A DNA stretch of 36,493 nt from a virus (IMGVR_UViG_2563366937_000005:1-36493); one strand, 5' to 3'; positions 1-8,798 are shown, counted from the stretch's first letter. Notes: generated from the letters alone by a model not told the origin. Made by a program: numbers and translations.

Positions 1-1254
1 ATGCTGGAACAAATGGGCATTGCCGCGAAGCAAGCCTCGTATAAATTAGCGCAACTCTCCAGCCGCGAAAAAAATCGTGTGCTGGAAAAGATCGCCGATG
101 AACTGGAAGCACAAAGCGAAAGCATCCTCAACGCTAACGCCCAGGATGTTGCTGACGCGCGTGCCAATGGCCTTAGCGAAGCGATGCTTGACCGTCTGGC
201 ACTGACGCCCGCGCGACTGAAAGGCATTGCCGATGATGTGCGTCAGGTGTGTAATCTCGCCGATCCGGTGGGGCAGGTGATTGATGGTGGTGTGCTGGAT
301 AGCGGTTTGCGTCTGGAGCGTCGTCGCGTGCCGTTGGGGGTGATTGGCGTAATTTATGAAGCGCGCCCGAACGTGACGGTTGATGTCGCTTCCCTGTGCC
401 TGAAAACCGGTAACGCGGTGATCCTGCGCGGTGGTAAAGAAACCTGTCGCACCAACGCTGCAACGGTGGCGGTGATTCAGGACGCCCTGCAATCCTGCGG
501 TTTACCGGCAGGTGCTGTACAGGCGATTGATAATCCGGATCGCGCGTTGGTCAGTGAAATGCTACGCATGGATAAATACATCGACATGCTGATCCCTCGC
601 GGCGGGGCTGGTTTGCATAAACTGTGCCGCGAACAGTCGACAATTCCGGTGATCACGGGCGGTATTGGCGTCTGCCATATTTACGTTGATGAAAGTGCAG
701 AGATCGCTGAAGCCCTGAAAGTAATCGTCAACGCGAAAACCCAGCGCCCGAGTACGTGTAATACGGTAGAAACGTTGCTGGTGAATAAAAACATCGCTGA
801 TAGCTTCCTGCCTGCATTAAGCAAGCAAATGGCGGAAAGTGGCGTGACATTACACGCTGATGCAGTTGCATTAGCGCAGTTGCAAGCAGGCCCCGCGAAG
901 GCGGTGGCTGTTAAAGCGGAAGAGTACGACGATGAGTTTCTGTCATTAGATTTGAACGTCAAAATCGTCAGCGATCTGGACGATGCCATCGCGCATATTC
1001 GTGAACACGGCACGCAACACTCTGATGCGATCCTGACCCGCGATATGCGCAACGCCCAGCGTTTTGTTAACGAAGTGGATTCCTCCGCTGTTTACGTTAA
1101 CGCCTCTACGCGTTTTACCGACGGCGGCCAGTTTGGTCTGGGGGCGGAAGTCGCGGTAAGCACACAAAAACTCCACGCGCGCGGCCCAATGGGGCTGGAA
1201 GCACTGACCACTTACAAGTGGATCGGCATTGGTGATTACACCGTTCGTGCGTAA
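1..1254 (+). CDS. proA: gamma-glutamyl phosphate reductase ProA (host chromosomal gene, complete)
   Basis: 417-aa ORF beginning with ATG at base 1; translation recognisable from memory as enterobacterial ProA; sits immediately upstream of thrW as in the E. coli/Shigella chromosome. Antisense ORFs inside it are treated as spurious. Confidence 0.9.
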   Translation: MLEQMGIAAKQASYKLAQLSSREKNRVLEKIADELEAQSESILNANAQDVADARANGLSEAMLDRLALTPARLKGIADDVRQVCNLADPVGQVIDGGVLDSGLRLERRRVPLGVIGVIYEARPNVTVDVASLCLKTGNAVILRGGKETCRTNAATVAVIQDALQSCGLPAGAVQAIDNPDRALVSEMLRMDKYIDMLIPRGGAGLHKLCREQSTIPVITGGIGVCHIYVDESAEIAEALKVIVNAKTQRPSTCNTVETLLVNKNIADSFLPALSKQMAESGVTLHADAVALAQLQAGPAKAVAVKAEEYDDEFLSLDLNVKIVSDLDDAIAHIREHGTQHSDAILTRDMRNAQRFVNEVDSSAVYVNASTRFTDGGQFGLGAEVAVSTQKLHARGPMGLEALTTYKWIGIGDYTVRA

Positions 1255-1262
1255 ATAAAACC

Positions 1263-1330
1263 GGGTGATGCAAAAGTAGCCGTTTGATTCACAAGGCCAT
1301 TGACGCATCGCCCGGTTAGTTTTAACCTTG
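1263..1330 (+). promoter_or_regulatory. proA-thrW intergenic hairpin (11-bp stem ccgggtgatgc/gcatcgcccgg with about 33-nt loop, then T-rich tail) with overlapping TTGACG -35-like hexamer; possible proA terminator and thrW promoter
   Basis: Inverted repeat read directly at about 1270-1316; TTGACG at 1300-1305 and TAACCT 17 nt downstream, about 50 nt before the tRNA. No experimental support. Confidence 0.3.
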
Positions 1331-1377
1331 TCCACCGTGATTCACGTTCGTGAACATGTCCTTTCAGGGCCGATATA

Positions 1378-1453
1378 GCTCAGTTGGTAGAGCAGCGCAT
1401 TCGTAATGCGAAGGTCGTAGGTTCGACTCCTATTATCGGCACCATTAAAATCA
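1378..1453 (+). tRNA. thrW: tRNA-Thr (anticodon CGT), thrW; 3' end carries the prophage attL core
   Basis: 76-nt sequence GCCGATATAGCTCAGTTGGTAGAGCAGCGCATTCGTAATGCGAAGGTCGTAGGTTCGACTCCTATTATCGGCACCA folds as a cloverleaf: 7-bp acceptor stem GCCGATA/TATCGGC, anticodon loop TTCGTAA, T-loop TTCGACT, 3' CCA encoded. The integrase gene stops 6 nt downstream. Confidence 0.9.
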
Positions 1454-1458
1454 ATAAG

Positions 1459-2622
1459 TTACACATCATTAGTACCTTCCTTATTTTTTGACTGGGACAA
1501 ATTTGGGACCGATGGGTTCAGGATCGAGTCTATTTGCCGTGCGTGTTCGGTAAGGTGATTAGGTGCAAGGTGAGCATATCGACGAACCATTTCGATAGAC
1601 TCCCAGCCTCCCATTTCCTGTAACACTGACAAAGGGACTCCGGCTTGAACCAGCCAACTTGCCCAGGTGTGTCTCAAGTCGTGAAATCTGAAATCATCAA
1701 TACCAGCCCGTCTCAGCGCCGCTTTCCAGGCTGTGTTTGCGTCATACCGCATCTTCCTTACTGTTGGCGCTTTCGTTCCGTCTGGTTTGGTACAGCTTTC
1801 CTTGTACACAAATACCCAACGGTGATGATTCCCGATTTGTTTTTTCAATACGCGACATGCAGTATCATTCAGCGCAACGCCAATTGCGCGGTTTGATTTA
1901 CTCTCTTCCGGGTTTATCCATGCCACCCGGCGCTGCATATCTATTTGTTGCCATTCAAGGTTGATGATGTTCGAGCGTCTTAAGCCTGTTGCCAGTGCAA
2001 ATTCAACAACAGACTTTAATGGCTCCGGACATTCATCAATCAGCCTTTGTGCTTCATGGGGCTCCAGCCAGCGGATCCGTTTATTCTTTGGTTGAGGCAC
2101 TTTAATAATTGGTGCCTTATCCAGCATTTTCCATTCACGCTCTGCGGCTCTTAGTAGGGCCTTTATAAATGAAAGATGCGTAGCCTTCGTTGCAACGGAC
2201 GCTGGTTTTGGCGTGTATTCTGGAACAGGTTTCCCTTTTTTTCTGCATGCTTCTGCCCTGAGTTTCCAGTTTTCCTCATGACGCCGGTTCGTCATTTTCT
2301 GCATTGCTGAATAAATTTTTGATTCAGTAATGTCTCTTAGTTGCATTCCTGCGAAATGTTGAAGCCAGAATCCGATCCGGCTTTTGTCATCGTCCAGTGA
2401 TTTTTTATGTGCTTTCTCTTCAAGCCACCTGACACAAGCTTCCTCGAACGTTATATCAGGTATTTCACCAAGTTTGCTGACCCGCCATGCTTCAGCCTTT
2501 AGCTTGTCATGGAGTTCTGTCGCCTGCCTTTTGTCCTTTGTTCCAAGAGACTGTTTAAATCTTTTACCGTTCGGCAATGTGAAACTGGCGTACCATATTT
2601 CACCTCTGCGGAAGAGTGACAT
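1459..2622 (-). CDS. int: Tyrosine site-specific integrase, P22 Int-like (thrW-specific)
   Basis: 387-aa ORF adjacent and convergent to thrW; C-terminal catalytic region with the R...HDLRHT...Y pattern ([25 protein letters not shown]...RRYAHL). P22-family integrases are known to use thrW as attB. Confidence 0.9.
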   Translation of the reverse strand: MSLFRRGEIWYASFTLPNGKRFKQSLGTKDKRQATELHDKLKAEAWRVSKLGEIPDITFEEACVRWLEEKAHKKSLDDDKSRIGFWLQHFAGMQLRDITESKIYSAMQKMTNRRHEENWKLRAEACRKKGKPVPEYTPKPASVATKATHLSFIKALLRAAEREWKMLDKAPIIKVPQPKNKRIRWLEPHEAQRLIDECPEPLKSVVEFALATGLRRSNIINLEWQQIDMQRRVAWINPEESKSNRAIGVALNDTACRVLKKQIGNHHRWVFVYKESCTKPDGTKAPTVRKMRYDANTAWKAALRRAGIDDFRFHDLRHTWASWLVQAGVPLSVLQEMGGWESIEMVRRYAHLAPNHLTEHARQIDSILNPSVPNLSQSKNKEGTNDV

Positions 2623-2849
2623 TTTCTTTCCTCTGTTATGCCATCACCCGCGCTCACCAGGACAGTATGCAGCGGAGACTGAAGAGCCGCAATGCAGGCT
2701 TGTCGTGTTGTGAGGTAAGGAGATTTATTCTTAGTGGGATCTTTGCGTGTTGCCTGAAGACGCCCTGTGCGTATCCAGTTAATGGCAGTCGGTCTGGATA
2801 TCTTGAGAAAATGACAGGCCTCATCGAGTGTGAGGCTGTATGGCTCCAT
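2499..2849 (-). CDS. xis: Excisionase (Xis, AlpA/HTH_17-type DNA-binding protein)
   Basis: Start chosen at the internal Met ([33 protein letters not shown]...), giving 116 aa; the 3' end overlaps the int start; the start ATG overlaps the upstream gene stop (TAATG). Confidence 0.7.
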   Translation of the reverse strand: MEPYSLTLDEACHFLKISRPTAINWIRTGRLQATRKDPTKNKSPYLTTRQACIAALQSPLHTVLVSAGDGITEERKCHSSAEVKYGTPVSHCRTVKDLNSLLEQRTKGRRQNSMTS

Positions 2850-3154
2850 TATTTCACCTCTTGTTGTGACATTGTTGAAAAATGGATACCAGCTCGTTGC
2901 TGCCAGACGATCCAACCGAGAGTCATATCCCATGCCATGTATTCGTTATCGCCGTTTTTTGCTCTCCGACGATCTACTAAGTCACCGAAACGCTTTTCCA
3001 TGAATAATTCATAAGCTTCGCGTTCATCTGGTTCTACTTCCAGAGATAGGAGTGCGATTTCATAAGCACGGCGCTCAATATCGTCTCGCACGTCAAGGCT
3101 GCTGATACGCTCTTTAATTTCTTTAATCAGTTCTTTGTCGGTAAAAGTGGTCAT
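2849..3154 (-). CDS. Hypothetical early protein (101 aa; YfdT-like by size and position)
   Basis: ORF in the leftward early operon, translationally coupled to xis (1-nt stop/start overlap); acidic, helical-looking sequence. Homology assigned from memory only. Confidence 0.5.
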   Translation of the reverse strand: MTTFTDKELIKEIKERISSLDVRDDIERRAYEIALLSLEVEPDEREAYELFMEKRFGDLVDRRRAKNGDNEYMAWDMTLGWIVWQQRAGIHFSTMSQQEVK

Positions 3155-3516
3155 TATGCTCCAGCCTCCGGTGCTTTTGGCATTACTGCCCAGTGAGTGA
3201 TATTGACGTTTTCAAGGTCCCCGACCTGAAATGTCCACTGCCATTCTCCTGTTTCTTTTTGTCCCCAGGTGTACCAGAGAGAACGCCAGCCAATTAGCCA
3301 GCCTTCTCCGTTAGCATCGAATAACAAAACACTTTCATTTGCTGGTGGCAGTTCAGTTGACACTGGTATTGCTTTGTTTTCCTGTGCTGCACATTTAGCT
3401 TCAAGCGCATCGAATTTGCGCACCAGGTATTCAGCATCTGTTTCATTCACTTTCAGATCTCGCGGTACATATCTCCCACGAAGAAACCCTTCCATTTCGA
3501 AAACATTCATGCGCAT
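3154..3516 (-). CDS. Hypothetical early protein (120 aa; YfdS-like by size and position)
   Basis: ORF with 1-nt overlap to the downstream gene; Trp-rich C-terminal half. Part of the same leftward operon. Confidence 0.5.
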   Translation of the reverse strand: MRMNVFEMEGFLRGRYVPRDLKVNETDAEYLVRKFDALEAKCAAQENKAIPVSTELPPANESVLLFDANGEGWLIGWRSLWYTWGQKETGEWQWTFQVGDLENVNITHWAVMPKAPEAGA

Positions 3517-4043
3517 TTGCGTAACTCCGATAACTCGTTAAAACGTTCCATAAACATCCCGTAGGCATGGCCCGGTGCCAGTGGAATCACGTTGAACATC
3601 TCTGTTGCCGGGATGCCTTCCAGTACAGGCCAGAAAGAGCCATCATCAAGCCCGAGATCGCGGCGTTCGGTTGCCAGCATGATGAGATCGGCATATTTCA
3701 CAGGCGTGCTCATAACCGGGGGTAACCCGTATTTCTCACGGATTACGGCGTCTATTTTTTCTTCCATCCGTTTATAGTCAGGAAGAAGGCGTTTCAGTGG
3801 CGCGGGGATGTCCTGACAATAAGCTTCTGTTGCATCATGCATTAACGCTTCAAAAGCAAATTCCTGCGGTACCAGCTGGCTGCAAAGCACCGCATGTTGG
3901 GCGACGCTGTAGAAGTGTGAAAGATGTCCTGCAAAGCGACAGATATTTGAAAGGGAAACCGCGATATCGTTAATATCGATGTTGTCTTTATTTATCCTGT
4001 CATAATAAAAATGCTTCCCGGAAAAAGTTTTAATAAATGACAT
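3507..4043 (-). CDS. yfdR: HD-domain phosphohydrolase (YfdR-like putative 5'-deoxynucleotidase)
   Basis: Start placed at the internal ATG (MSFIKTFSG...), preceded by GGAG with about a 6-nt spacer, giving 178 aa; contains the H...HD...D metal-binding pattern (FAGHLSHF...ALMHDATEAY). Confidence 0.65.
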   Translation of the reverse strand: MSFIKTFSGKHFYYDRINKDNIDINDIAVSLSNICRFAGHLSHFYSVAQHAVLCSQLVPQEFAFEALMHDATEAYCQDIPAPLKRLLPDYKRMEEKIDAVIREKYGLPPVMSTPVKYADLIMLATERRDLGLDDGSFWPVLEGIPATEMFNVIPLAPGHAYGMFMERFNELSELRKCA

Positions 4044-4137
4044 TTTGTTCTCCACGTTATATGCGCTGCACCGCGCTGAAATTTGGTTAAAGAAAAACCT
4101 CGCCATCAGGCGAATATTGAGTCAATTACGTTTCCAT

Positions 4138-4160
4138 AAATGCCCCCGCAGGGGCATTTG
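4138..4160. terminator. Perfect 7-bp GC-rich hairpin (atgcccc-cgca-ggggcat) between the yfdQ-like and yfdR-like genes; possible attenuator or RNA processing site
   Basis: Inverted repeat read directly; no strong U-tract on either strand, so not a canonical intrinsic terminator. Confidence 0.3.
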
Positions 4161-4171
4161 CAGTAATGAAA

Positions 4172-4996
4172 TCAGGCGGTGAAAGTACCAATAAAGGTTT
4201 CTACTTTGCTGTCTTTGAACTTCTCAACAAGCAGATCACGAAATTCGTTAGCCATTTCCTCCTGCACTGCTTCCAGCTGAATAATGCGTAGTATCAGTAC
4301 AGGACGATCGCCAGTGATAATGCTGAGGCGTAATTTAAACGGACGTTCTTTCAGACCTTCAAACGGAACGCATTTAAATTCAAATGCCACTGGCATAATG
4401 TCTTTGGTCTTCGCTTCGACAGACTCCATCAGGGAGCGTTTGCCGCTGAAGTCATTATCTTCAAAATCAGCGGTCTGGTTCGCTTCAATTGTGATTTTAC
4501 GGATCGCCGCAGCCGCTTTGGTTGCCTGAATGGCGTCACCATTAGCATCAAAGCCCACAAGGTAGTCGGCCCAGTCTTCAATCCATTCTGCCAGTGACTT
4601 CTGGGAGTTACGCTCGCCGTTAACAGACAACAGGGCAGAGAACGGTGCTGTCTTTTTCAGTTTGAGAGTGGCGGTGTTATCTGCGTGACCTGGTTCATCA
4701 ATAGTACCCAGGTTAAGCACACTGACGGCTCGCATATTATCGGCATCGATAAAGCAGCGGGTGCCTTCATCTGCAAGATCTTTAGAATAACGGGTAAAGT
4801 CATCGATGCTGGCAGTGGAAAGCGCACCACGGAAACGGAAGCGATTTAAATTAAATTTTTCCAGATCATGAATGCGGAAATTCTCAGGCAATGCCACAGC
4901 ATCGGCACCAATCTTACTGATAATTTCATTAACACCCTGAGCAGAAATAAGGGCATGGATTTGATTAATTGCGGTTGCGTCTAAGTTCTGAGACAT
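4172..4996 (-). CDS. yfdQ: YfdQ-like protein (DUF2303 family), function unknown
   Basis: 274-aa ORF; length and sequence character match my recollection of the CPS-53 YfdQ family; not verified by search. Confidence 0.6.
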   Translation of the reverse strand: MSQNLDATAINQIHALISAQGVNEIISKIGADAVALPENFRIHDLEKFNLNRFRFRGALSTASIDDFTRYSKDLADEGTRCFIDADNMRAVSVLNLGTIDEPGHADNTATLKLKKTAPFSALLSVNGERNSQKSLAEWIEDWADYLVGFDANGDAIQATKAAAAIRKITIEANQTADFEDNDFSGKRSLMESVEAKTKDIMPVAFEFKCVPFEGLKERPFKLRLSIITGDRPVLILRIIQLEAVQEEMANEFRDLLVEKFKDSKVETFIGTFTA

Positions 4997-5061
4997 AATA
5001 AGTCCTCACTATATAAAGATATTCAGTGATGAGATAAATAATCAGTTTATTAAGAACGATA

Positions 5062-5424
5062 TTAACGACCTGCTGCGCGGAGTTTTCCGTCAGGCTCACC
5101 GGCAAGAGTCAGTAATTGTCCCTGGTCTTCCTGCAGAATAGTCAGGCGACCACCGCGATTGACATACATCGGCGTTTCGGTGGTGTCTTCTTCGGAAATT
5201 TTCCCGCGGTTAGTCGGGCGAACATATGAGAGTTTGTGTTTGATTTTCACTCGGTTCTCATCAAACGGTTCGATTTCTAGGTTGAGCGAGACCTTACCTT
5301 TGGTTTTCGTGTTCATCACACCGGAAGCGACTTCACTGAGAACTGCGCCGATTTTGGTTTCAAATACGCCGCCGTCCAGCTCCCCGATAAATGCCTGCAC
5401 ATCAGTACTGCGTTCGCTAGCCAT
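5062..5424 (-). CDS. Hypothetical early protein (120 aa; YfdP-like by size and position)
   Basis: Start chosen at the internal ATG (MASERSTDVQAFIGELDGG...), preceded by GAGGAG with a 7-nt spacer. The upstream extension of the track ORF runs into a GC-rich, low-complexity stretch and is unlikely to be coding. Confidence 0.55.
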   Translation of the reverse strand: MASERSTDVQAFIGELDGGVFETKIGAVLSEVASGVMNTKTKGKVSLNLEIEPFDENRVKIKHKLSYVRPTNRGKISEEDTTETPMYVNRGGRLTILQEDQGQLLTLAGEPDGKLRAAGR

Positions 5425-5984
5425 TTTGCTGCTCCTCATCATATCGACCCTGCAAGGTCGGTTAGTTTCTCCACAAAACAGAGAAGAACACCTGCGGTGG
5501 CAGCCGCCCGGATGGATTGGGTTATGAGCCCGTCGTCCGGTGATGCTCTTCTCTGTTTTGTAAAAAGAGCGGTACCAGCCGGAAGCAAGGGTACAAACTG
5601 GTACCGCCAGGACTACACACAGCATAAAGTTGTGGTGCCGGGTGCCTCCCGGTGCCTGGCGAAGGTTGCACACCAGGCGGGTGGGTATCCACAGAAGGTC
5701 GACTGTCAGCCTCAACCTTAACCCGCGTGCGCTGAGCCGCATTCACCACAACGCTAAGAATTCTCTCTGGTTGAAAATACTTAGCTGTTATGTGCCTGCT
5801 TTTAGCCACATCAGGCGAGGTGGACCTGGTTATTCCCCAACAACAAGGATTCGGTTAATCTGGTTATCCCCAACAACAAAAGGATTTTTTTTATGAAGTG
5901 CAATGGCTATGAAGAGCGGCACATGCCTCCTTACAAGAGGCCAGAACCACCGCCAAAACCTGATGATTCAGACTGAGGTGAAAC
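5425..5984. promoter_or_regulatory. Large structured GC-rich non-coding region between divergent early genes; probably holds the leftward early promoter/leader
   Basis: No convincing ORF (the track ORFs here are Pro/Gly/Arg-rich low-complexity); 15-bp near-perfect inverted repeat caaaacagagaagaa (about 5473-5487) / ttcttctctgttttg (about 5548-5562); several further GC stems (ggtaccag/ctggtacc, ccggg/cccgg, cctgg/ccagg); two direct repeats at 5826-5885. Confidence 0.5.
5826..5885. repeat. Two direct repeats CTGGTTATyCCCCAACAACAA(A)GGAT about 34 bp apart, followed by a T8 run
   Basis: Read directly at 5826-5850 and 5860-5885, just upstream of the plus-strand gene at 5985; candidate regulator binding sites. 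Confidence 0.5.
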
Positions 5985-6458
5985 ATGTCCCGGCGTGACT
6001 TGATATTTGATCTTCATTATTCGCATTACCTCGAAAAGATGTTTGCAACATTGACTGGTCGCATCGACCGGTTGATGACTTTCCTAATTATTTTGTCGGG
6101 ATGTGGTGTTTTTGTTTCTATCACTGGCTACGTTTGGTTTGGCGCATTTATCGCAGCCTTATCGGTTAGCCAAGTTGTTTATCAATTCTCCCGCTCTTCA
6201 GGTATTGCAACTGAACAAGCTCGCTTATATCTGGAACTAATCACCGATGAACCTTCTCTTACGGAAGAGGAATTACTCGCGCGTTTTAAACATTTGCAAA
6301 ACGCCGATTCAAAACCTTGGGGTTGCCTGGAATTACCAGCTCAGAAAAGAGCAACGATTGTACTGGGCCTTACTGATACAACCAGGGAACTCTGCAAGCA
6401 AGAGGTGTTCGCCGCATGGTTGGCTGGAGATCTACCGAGGAAAAATCCCCATGGTTGA
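5985..6458 (+). CDS. Small inner-membrane protein (157 aa, two predicted TM helices) at the sieB/rex-like position of the immunity region
   Basis: ATG preceded by GAGGTG; hydrophobic segments LMTFLIILSGCGVFVSITGYVWFGAFIAALSV; followed by an intrinsic terminator. Function inferred from position only. Confidence 0.5.
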   Translation: MSRRDLIFDLHYSHYLEKMFATLTGRIDRLMTFLIILSGCGVFVSITGYVWFGAFIAALSVSQVVYQFSRSSGIATEQARLYLELITDEPSLTEEELLARFKHLQNADSKPWGCLELPAQKRATIVLGLTDTTRELCKQEVFAAWLAGDLPRKNPHG

Positions 6459-6561
6459 AAGAGCTGGTGGTCATAAACCGGCTAACCCAAGACCTCCACA
6501 ACCAGTTGGGCCAAAGCCTAAAGCTTGATTGTTGATGGATACCCAGATTGTTAAAGAGCGA

Positions 6562-6586
6562 AGCGTCCTGTAGGGCGCTTTTTTGT
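6562..6586 (+). terminator. Rho-independent terminator downstream of the 157-aa membrane protein gene
   Basis: Stem agcgtcc/gggcgct (7 bp, one G-U pair), loop tgta, then a T6 tract. Confidence 0.55.
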
Positions 6587-6800
6587 TGCTAACGAATCAT
6601 CCTGGACTTCATATGCCCCAGGCGGCTACTTAGTGGGCGTCCTGCCTGTTCATTTTTGACATTTACTGACCGCTTACGACACAGGCACCATGTTGCAACC
6701 AGATTTTGTTGTAATCCTGTAGTTGGTCTGGAACAAAAGATAAAATTAAATTGCGAGGCATGCAAGTAATATTTGCGGGATTTGCAAAATGATGGAGGGA

Positions 6801-6823
6801 TAAAAAGCCACCTTTCGGTGGCT
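6801..6823 (-). terminator. Rho-independent terminator downstream of the cI-like repressor gene
   Basis: On the minus strand: AGCCACC-GAAA-GGTGGCT followed by TTTTA, about 20 nt after the repressor stop codon. Confidence 0.6.
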
Positions 6824-6842
6824 GATGGATGGGATATTGAGG

Positions 6843-7535
6843 TTAATTATGTCTCTTAAGGGTTTGCGACTGACTGATTAAGACCTTTCCAAAGACCATG
6901 AATCGGTGTTCGTTTTCGCTAGTAATTCCCCATTCACGGTAAATCTGGTTATCAGAAATCACCAGCAGTTTGTCAGGAATCATTTGAAGTCTTTTAACGT
7001 ATATTTTGTCATCAAAACCAAAGACATATATACCATCACCATCAAACTGATTGATGCTGACATCAACGAAGATGAGATCTCCTGGCTCAATGGTTGGACA
7101 CATACTGTCCCCACGAACGTTGATAACTTTGATGTGATTGGCTGGTCGTCCGCCGAACATTGATACAGCATTATCAGTTCTGTATTCGATGGCATGAATC
7201 ACATCAATGACATCACCGCCCTGGATAAGGCCATTTCCCGCACTGGCACTGATATCCAGCATTTCAATACGGAACACATCCTTCACCTGCGCAACATCCT
7301 CATTATTACTGTTTTTATATACAGTATTGCTTTTGAGGGCAGAGGTAAAGAGATCAGCAATATCAACACCTAAGCTCTTGGCAATATTACTCAGTGTTTG
7401 TTCGGTAAATTGTTTCTGCTTACCCGTTTCTAAGCGCGAGATGTTCGCCGCATCTACTCCTATTGCTTCAGCGAGATCGGCGATTTTCATGTTCTTCGCT
7501 TGGCGAAGTTGTCTGACTCGGTTTCCTATGTTCAT
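6843..7535 (-). CDS. cI: CI-like prophage repressor (N-terminal XRE-type HTH plus C-terminal S24 LexA-like autopeptidase domain)
   Basis: 230 aa; N-terminal HTH (RVRQLRQAKNMKIADLAEAIGVDAANISRLETGK); C-terminal S24 motifs GDSM (VRGDSMCPTIEPGDLIFVD) and a downstream KR; divergent from the cro-like gene across an operator region. Confidence 0.85.
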   Translation of the reverse strand: MNIGNRVRQLRQAKNMKIADLAEAIGVDAANISRLETGKQKQFTEQTLSNIAKSLGVDIADLFTSALKSNTVYKNSNNEDVAQVKDVFRIEMLDISASAGNGLIQGGDVIDVIHAIEYRTDNAVSMFGGRPANHIKVINVRGDSMCPTIEPGDLIFVDVSINQFDGDGIYVFGFDDKIYVKRLQMIPDKLLVISDNQIYREWGITSENEHRFMVFGKVLISQSQTLKRHN

Positions 7536-7632
7536 GCGTTTATTACATTTCTTTATTGCGTGATAAGCAAATCAACTTGCGCAAAATACTTGCGTGAAAT
7601 AACATGCATAACGCGCAATATTTGGAGGGTAT
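7536..7632. promoter_or_regulatory. OR-like divergent promoter/operator region between cI and cro, with repeated TTGCG/CGCAA half-sites
   Basis: 97-bp intergenic region containing TTGCGtgataaGCAA (7556-7570), palindrome TTGCGCAA (7576-7583), TTGCGTG (7590-7596) and CGCGCAA (7612-7618); SD GGAGGG before the cro ATG. Confidence 0.5.
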
Positions 7633-7893
7633 ATGCAATCACCATTACGAAATGTGCGTAAGGCGCATGGTTTCACTTTGCAGCATGTTGCTGCGGGTGT
7701 TCAAGTCAATCCAGCGACGTTGAGTCGTATTGAGAGGCTGGAGCAGATTCCATCTATCGAGCTTGCAGAACGTTTAGCCAATTTTTTTAAGGGTGAAATC
7801 AGCGAAATGCAGATTCTTTATCCGGCACGTTTTCAATCTAGCCAAAACCAGAATGGGTTTAAACCACAGGAACAGGAGGTGAACCGTGGGTAA
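7633..7893 (+). CDS. cro: Cro-like HTH regulator (XRE family)
   Basis: 86 aa, first gene of the rightward operon; HTH segment FTLQHVAAGVQVNPATLSRIER. Confidence 0.7.
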   Translation: MQSPLRNVRKAHGFTLQHVAAGVQVNPATLSRIERLEQIPSIELAERLANFFKGEISEMQILYPARFQSSQNQNGFKPQEQEVNRG

Positions 7894-8443
7894 GCATCAC
7901 TGGAAAGTAGAAAAACAGCCTGAGTGGTACGTGAAAGCAGTCAGAAAAACTATCGCAGCGTTGCCGGGGGGTTACGCTGAAGCAGCTGACTGGCTGGATG
8001 TAACAGAGAACGCATTATTTAACCGCCTTCGTGCCGATGGCGATCAAATTTTCCCGCTGGGATGGGCAATGATTTTACAACGTGCTGGTGGCACTCACTT
8101 CATTGCTGACGCTGTGGCGCAGTCTGCAAATGGCGTCTTTGTGTCTCTTCCTGACGTCGAGGATGTGGATAACGCCGATATTAACCAGCGCCTGCTGGAA
8201 GTCATTGAACAGATTGGCAGTTATTCCAAACAGATTCGTTCGGCAATCGAAGACGGTGTGGTGGAACCGCATGAGAAGACAGCAATTAACGACGAGCTGT
8301 ATCTCTCAATTTCGAAGCTGCAGGAGCATGCAGCACTTGTCTACAAAATTTTTTGCATTTCAGAAAGTAATGACGCCCGCGAGTGTGCAGCTCCGGGCGT
8401 CGTGGCGTCGATTGCTTCTGGTTGTGGAGAAACTAACGCATGA
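7886..8443 (+). CDS. CII-like regulatory protein (CP76/CII family by position and character)
   Basis: 185-aa ORF overlapping the cro stop; in the cII position; family assignment from memory only. Confidence 0.5.
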   Translation: MGKHHWKVEKQPEWYVKAVRKTIAALPGGYAEAADWLDVTENALFNRLRADGDQIFPLGWAMILQRAGGTHFIADAVAQSANGVFVSLPDVEDVDNADINQRLLEVIEQIGSYSKQIRSAIEDGVVEPHEKTAINDELYLSISKLQEHAALVYKIFCISESNDARECAAPGVVASIASGCGETNA

Positions 8444-8778
8444 ACAGTTTAACAACACACTACCGTCGCTCGCAACTGATTGCACTTCCTGTACCAGGTG
8501 GAAAAGCGAAGGTGGAGTATTGCTATGCAGTAAATGTACCAGGTGACAGGGAAATTGTAACCCACAGCTTTGCAGAGTGGGCTGTGGGTGATTTCAACCG
8601 GCAGAAGGAGGCAGTCCTTTGCGACAAGTTAACCGCTGGTTCAAAGATCACTACGGAGTGCCCGTCAGAGTCATTCGTTGGGAGCCGGAAACACAACGGG
8701 TTATCTACCTCCGCGGAGGTTATGAGCATGAATGCTTCAGTCCGCTCGAACAGTTTCGTCGTAAATTCAGGGAAATAG
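8440..8778 (+). CDS. Hypothetical protein; possibly a frameshifted gene (see the alternative-frame ORF 8619-8798)
   Basis: ATGA overlap with the upstream stop; N-terminal half looks protein-like, C-terminal half is Ser-rich and the +2 frame carries a more protein-like reading. Confidence 0.35.
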   Translation: MNSLTTHYRRSQLIALPVPGGKAKVEYCYAVNVPGDREIVTHSFAEWAVGDFNRQKEAVLCDKLTAGSKITTECPSESFVGSRKHNGLSTSAEVMSMNASVRSNSFVVNSGK

Positions 8779-8798
8779 AGGCCGGTCATGAGCACTAA
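8619..8798 (+). CDS. Candidate small protein (59 aa, TTG start) missing from the ORF track, or the true 3' part of a frameshifted gene
   Basis: AAGGAGG at 8605-8611, 7-nt spacer, TTG at 8619; translation [59 protein letters not shown] ends with a TAA that overlaps the start of the next gene. Confidence 0.35.
   Translation: MRQVNRWFKDHYGVPVRVIRWEPETQRVIYLRGGYEHECFSPLEQFRRKFREIEAGHEH

Noticed and set aside
46-1335. Antisense and alternative-frame ORFs inside proA (46-492, 173-463, 681-1052, 946-1335)
   Set aside because: Lie entirely within the well-supported proA reading frame on the other strand or frame; compositions are low-complexity (Arg/His/Pro-rich); typical shadow ORFs of a GC-rich gene.
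1645-2713. Plus-strand ORFs overlapping the integrase (1645-1896, 1737-1964, 2384-2713)
   Set aside because: Antisense to a confidently identified integrase; no SD or start context; Ser/Cys-rich composition.
5497-5896. ORFs in the GC-rich intergenic region (5497-5721 +, 5522-5809 -, 5630-5896 +)
   Set aside because: Pro/Gly/Arg-rich low-complexity translations that overlap one another; the region has extensive inverted repeats and is better explained as structured non-coding DNA or RNA.
5425-5984. Retron (msr/msd) hypothesis for the long inverted repeat
   Set aside because: No reverse transcriptase gene is adjacent or anywhere in the window; the inverted repeat alone is insufficient.
6459-6842. 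Search for an N-like antiterminator gene near the repressor
   Set aside because: No small basic arginine-rich ORF with a plausible start was found between the cI terminator and the leftward operon; the only nearby gene is a plus-strand membrane protein. N appears absent from this window.
8082-8546. 154-aa ORF in the +2 frame overlapping the CII-like gene
   Set aside because: Completely embedded in the CII-like gene in another frame, with Cys/Ser/Leu-rich composition and no SD; shadow ORF.
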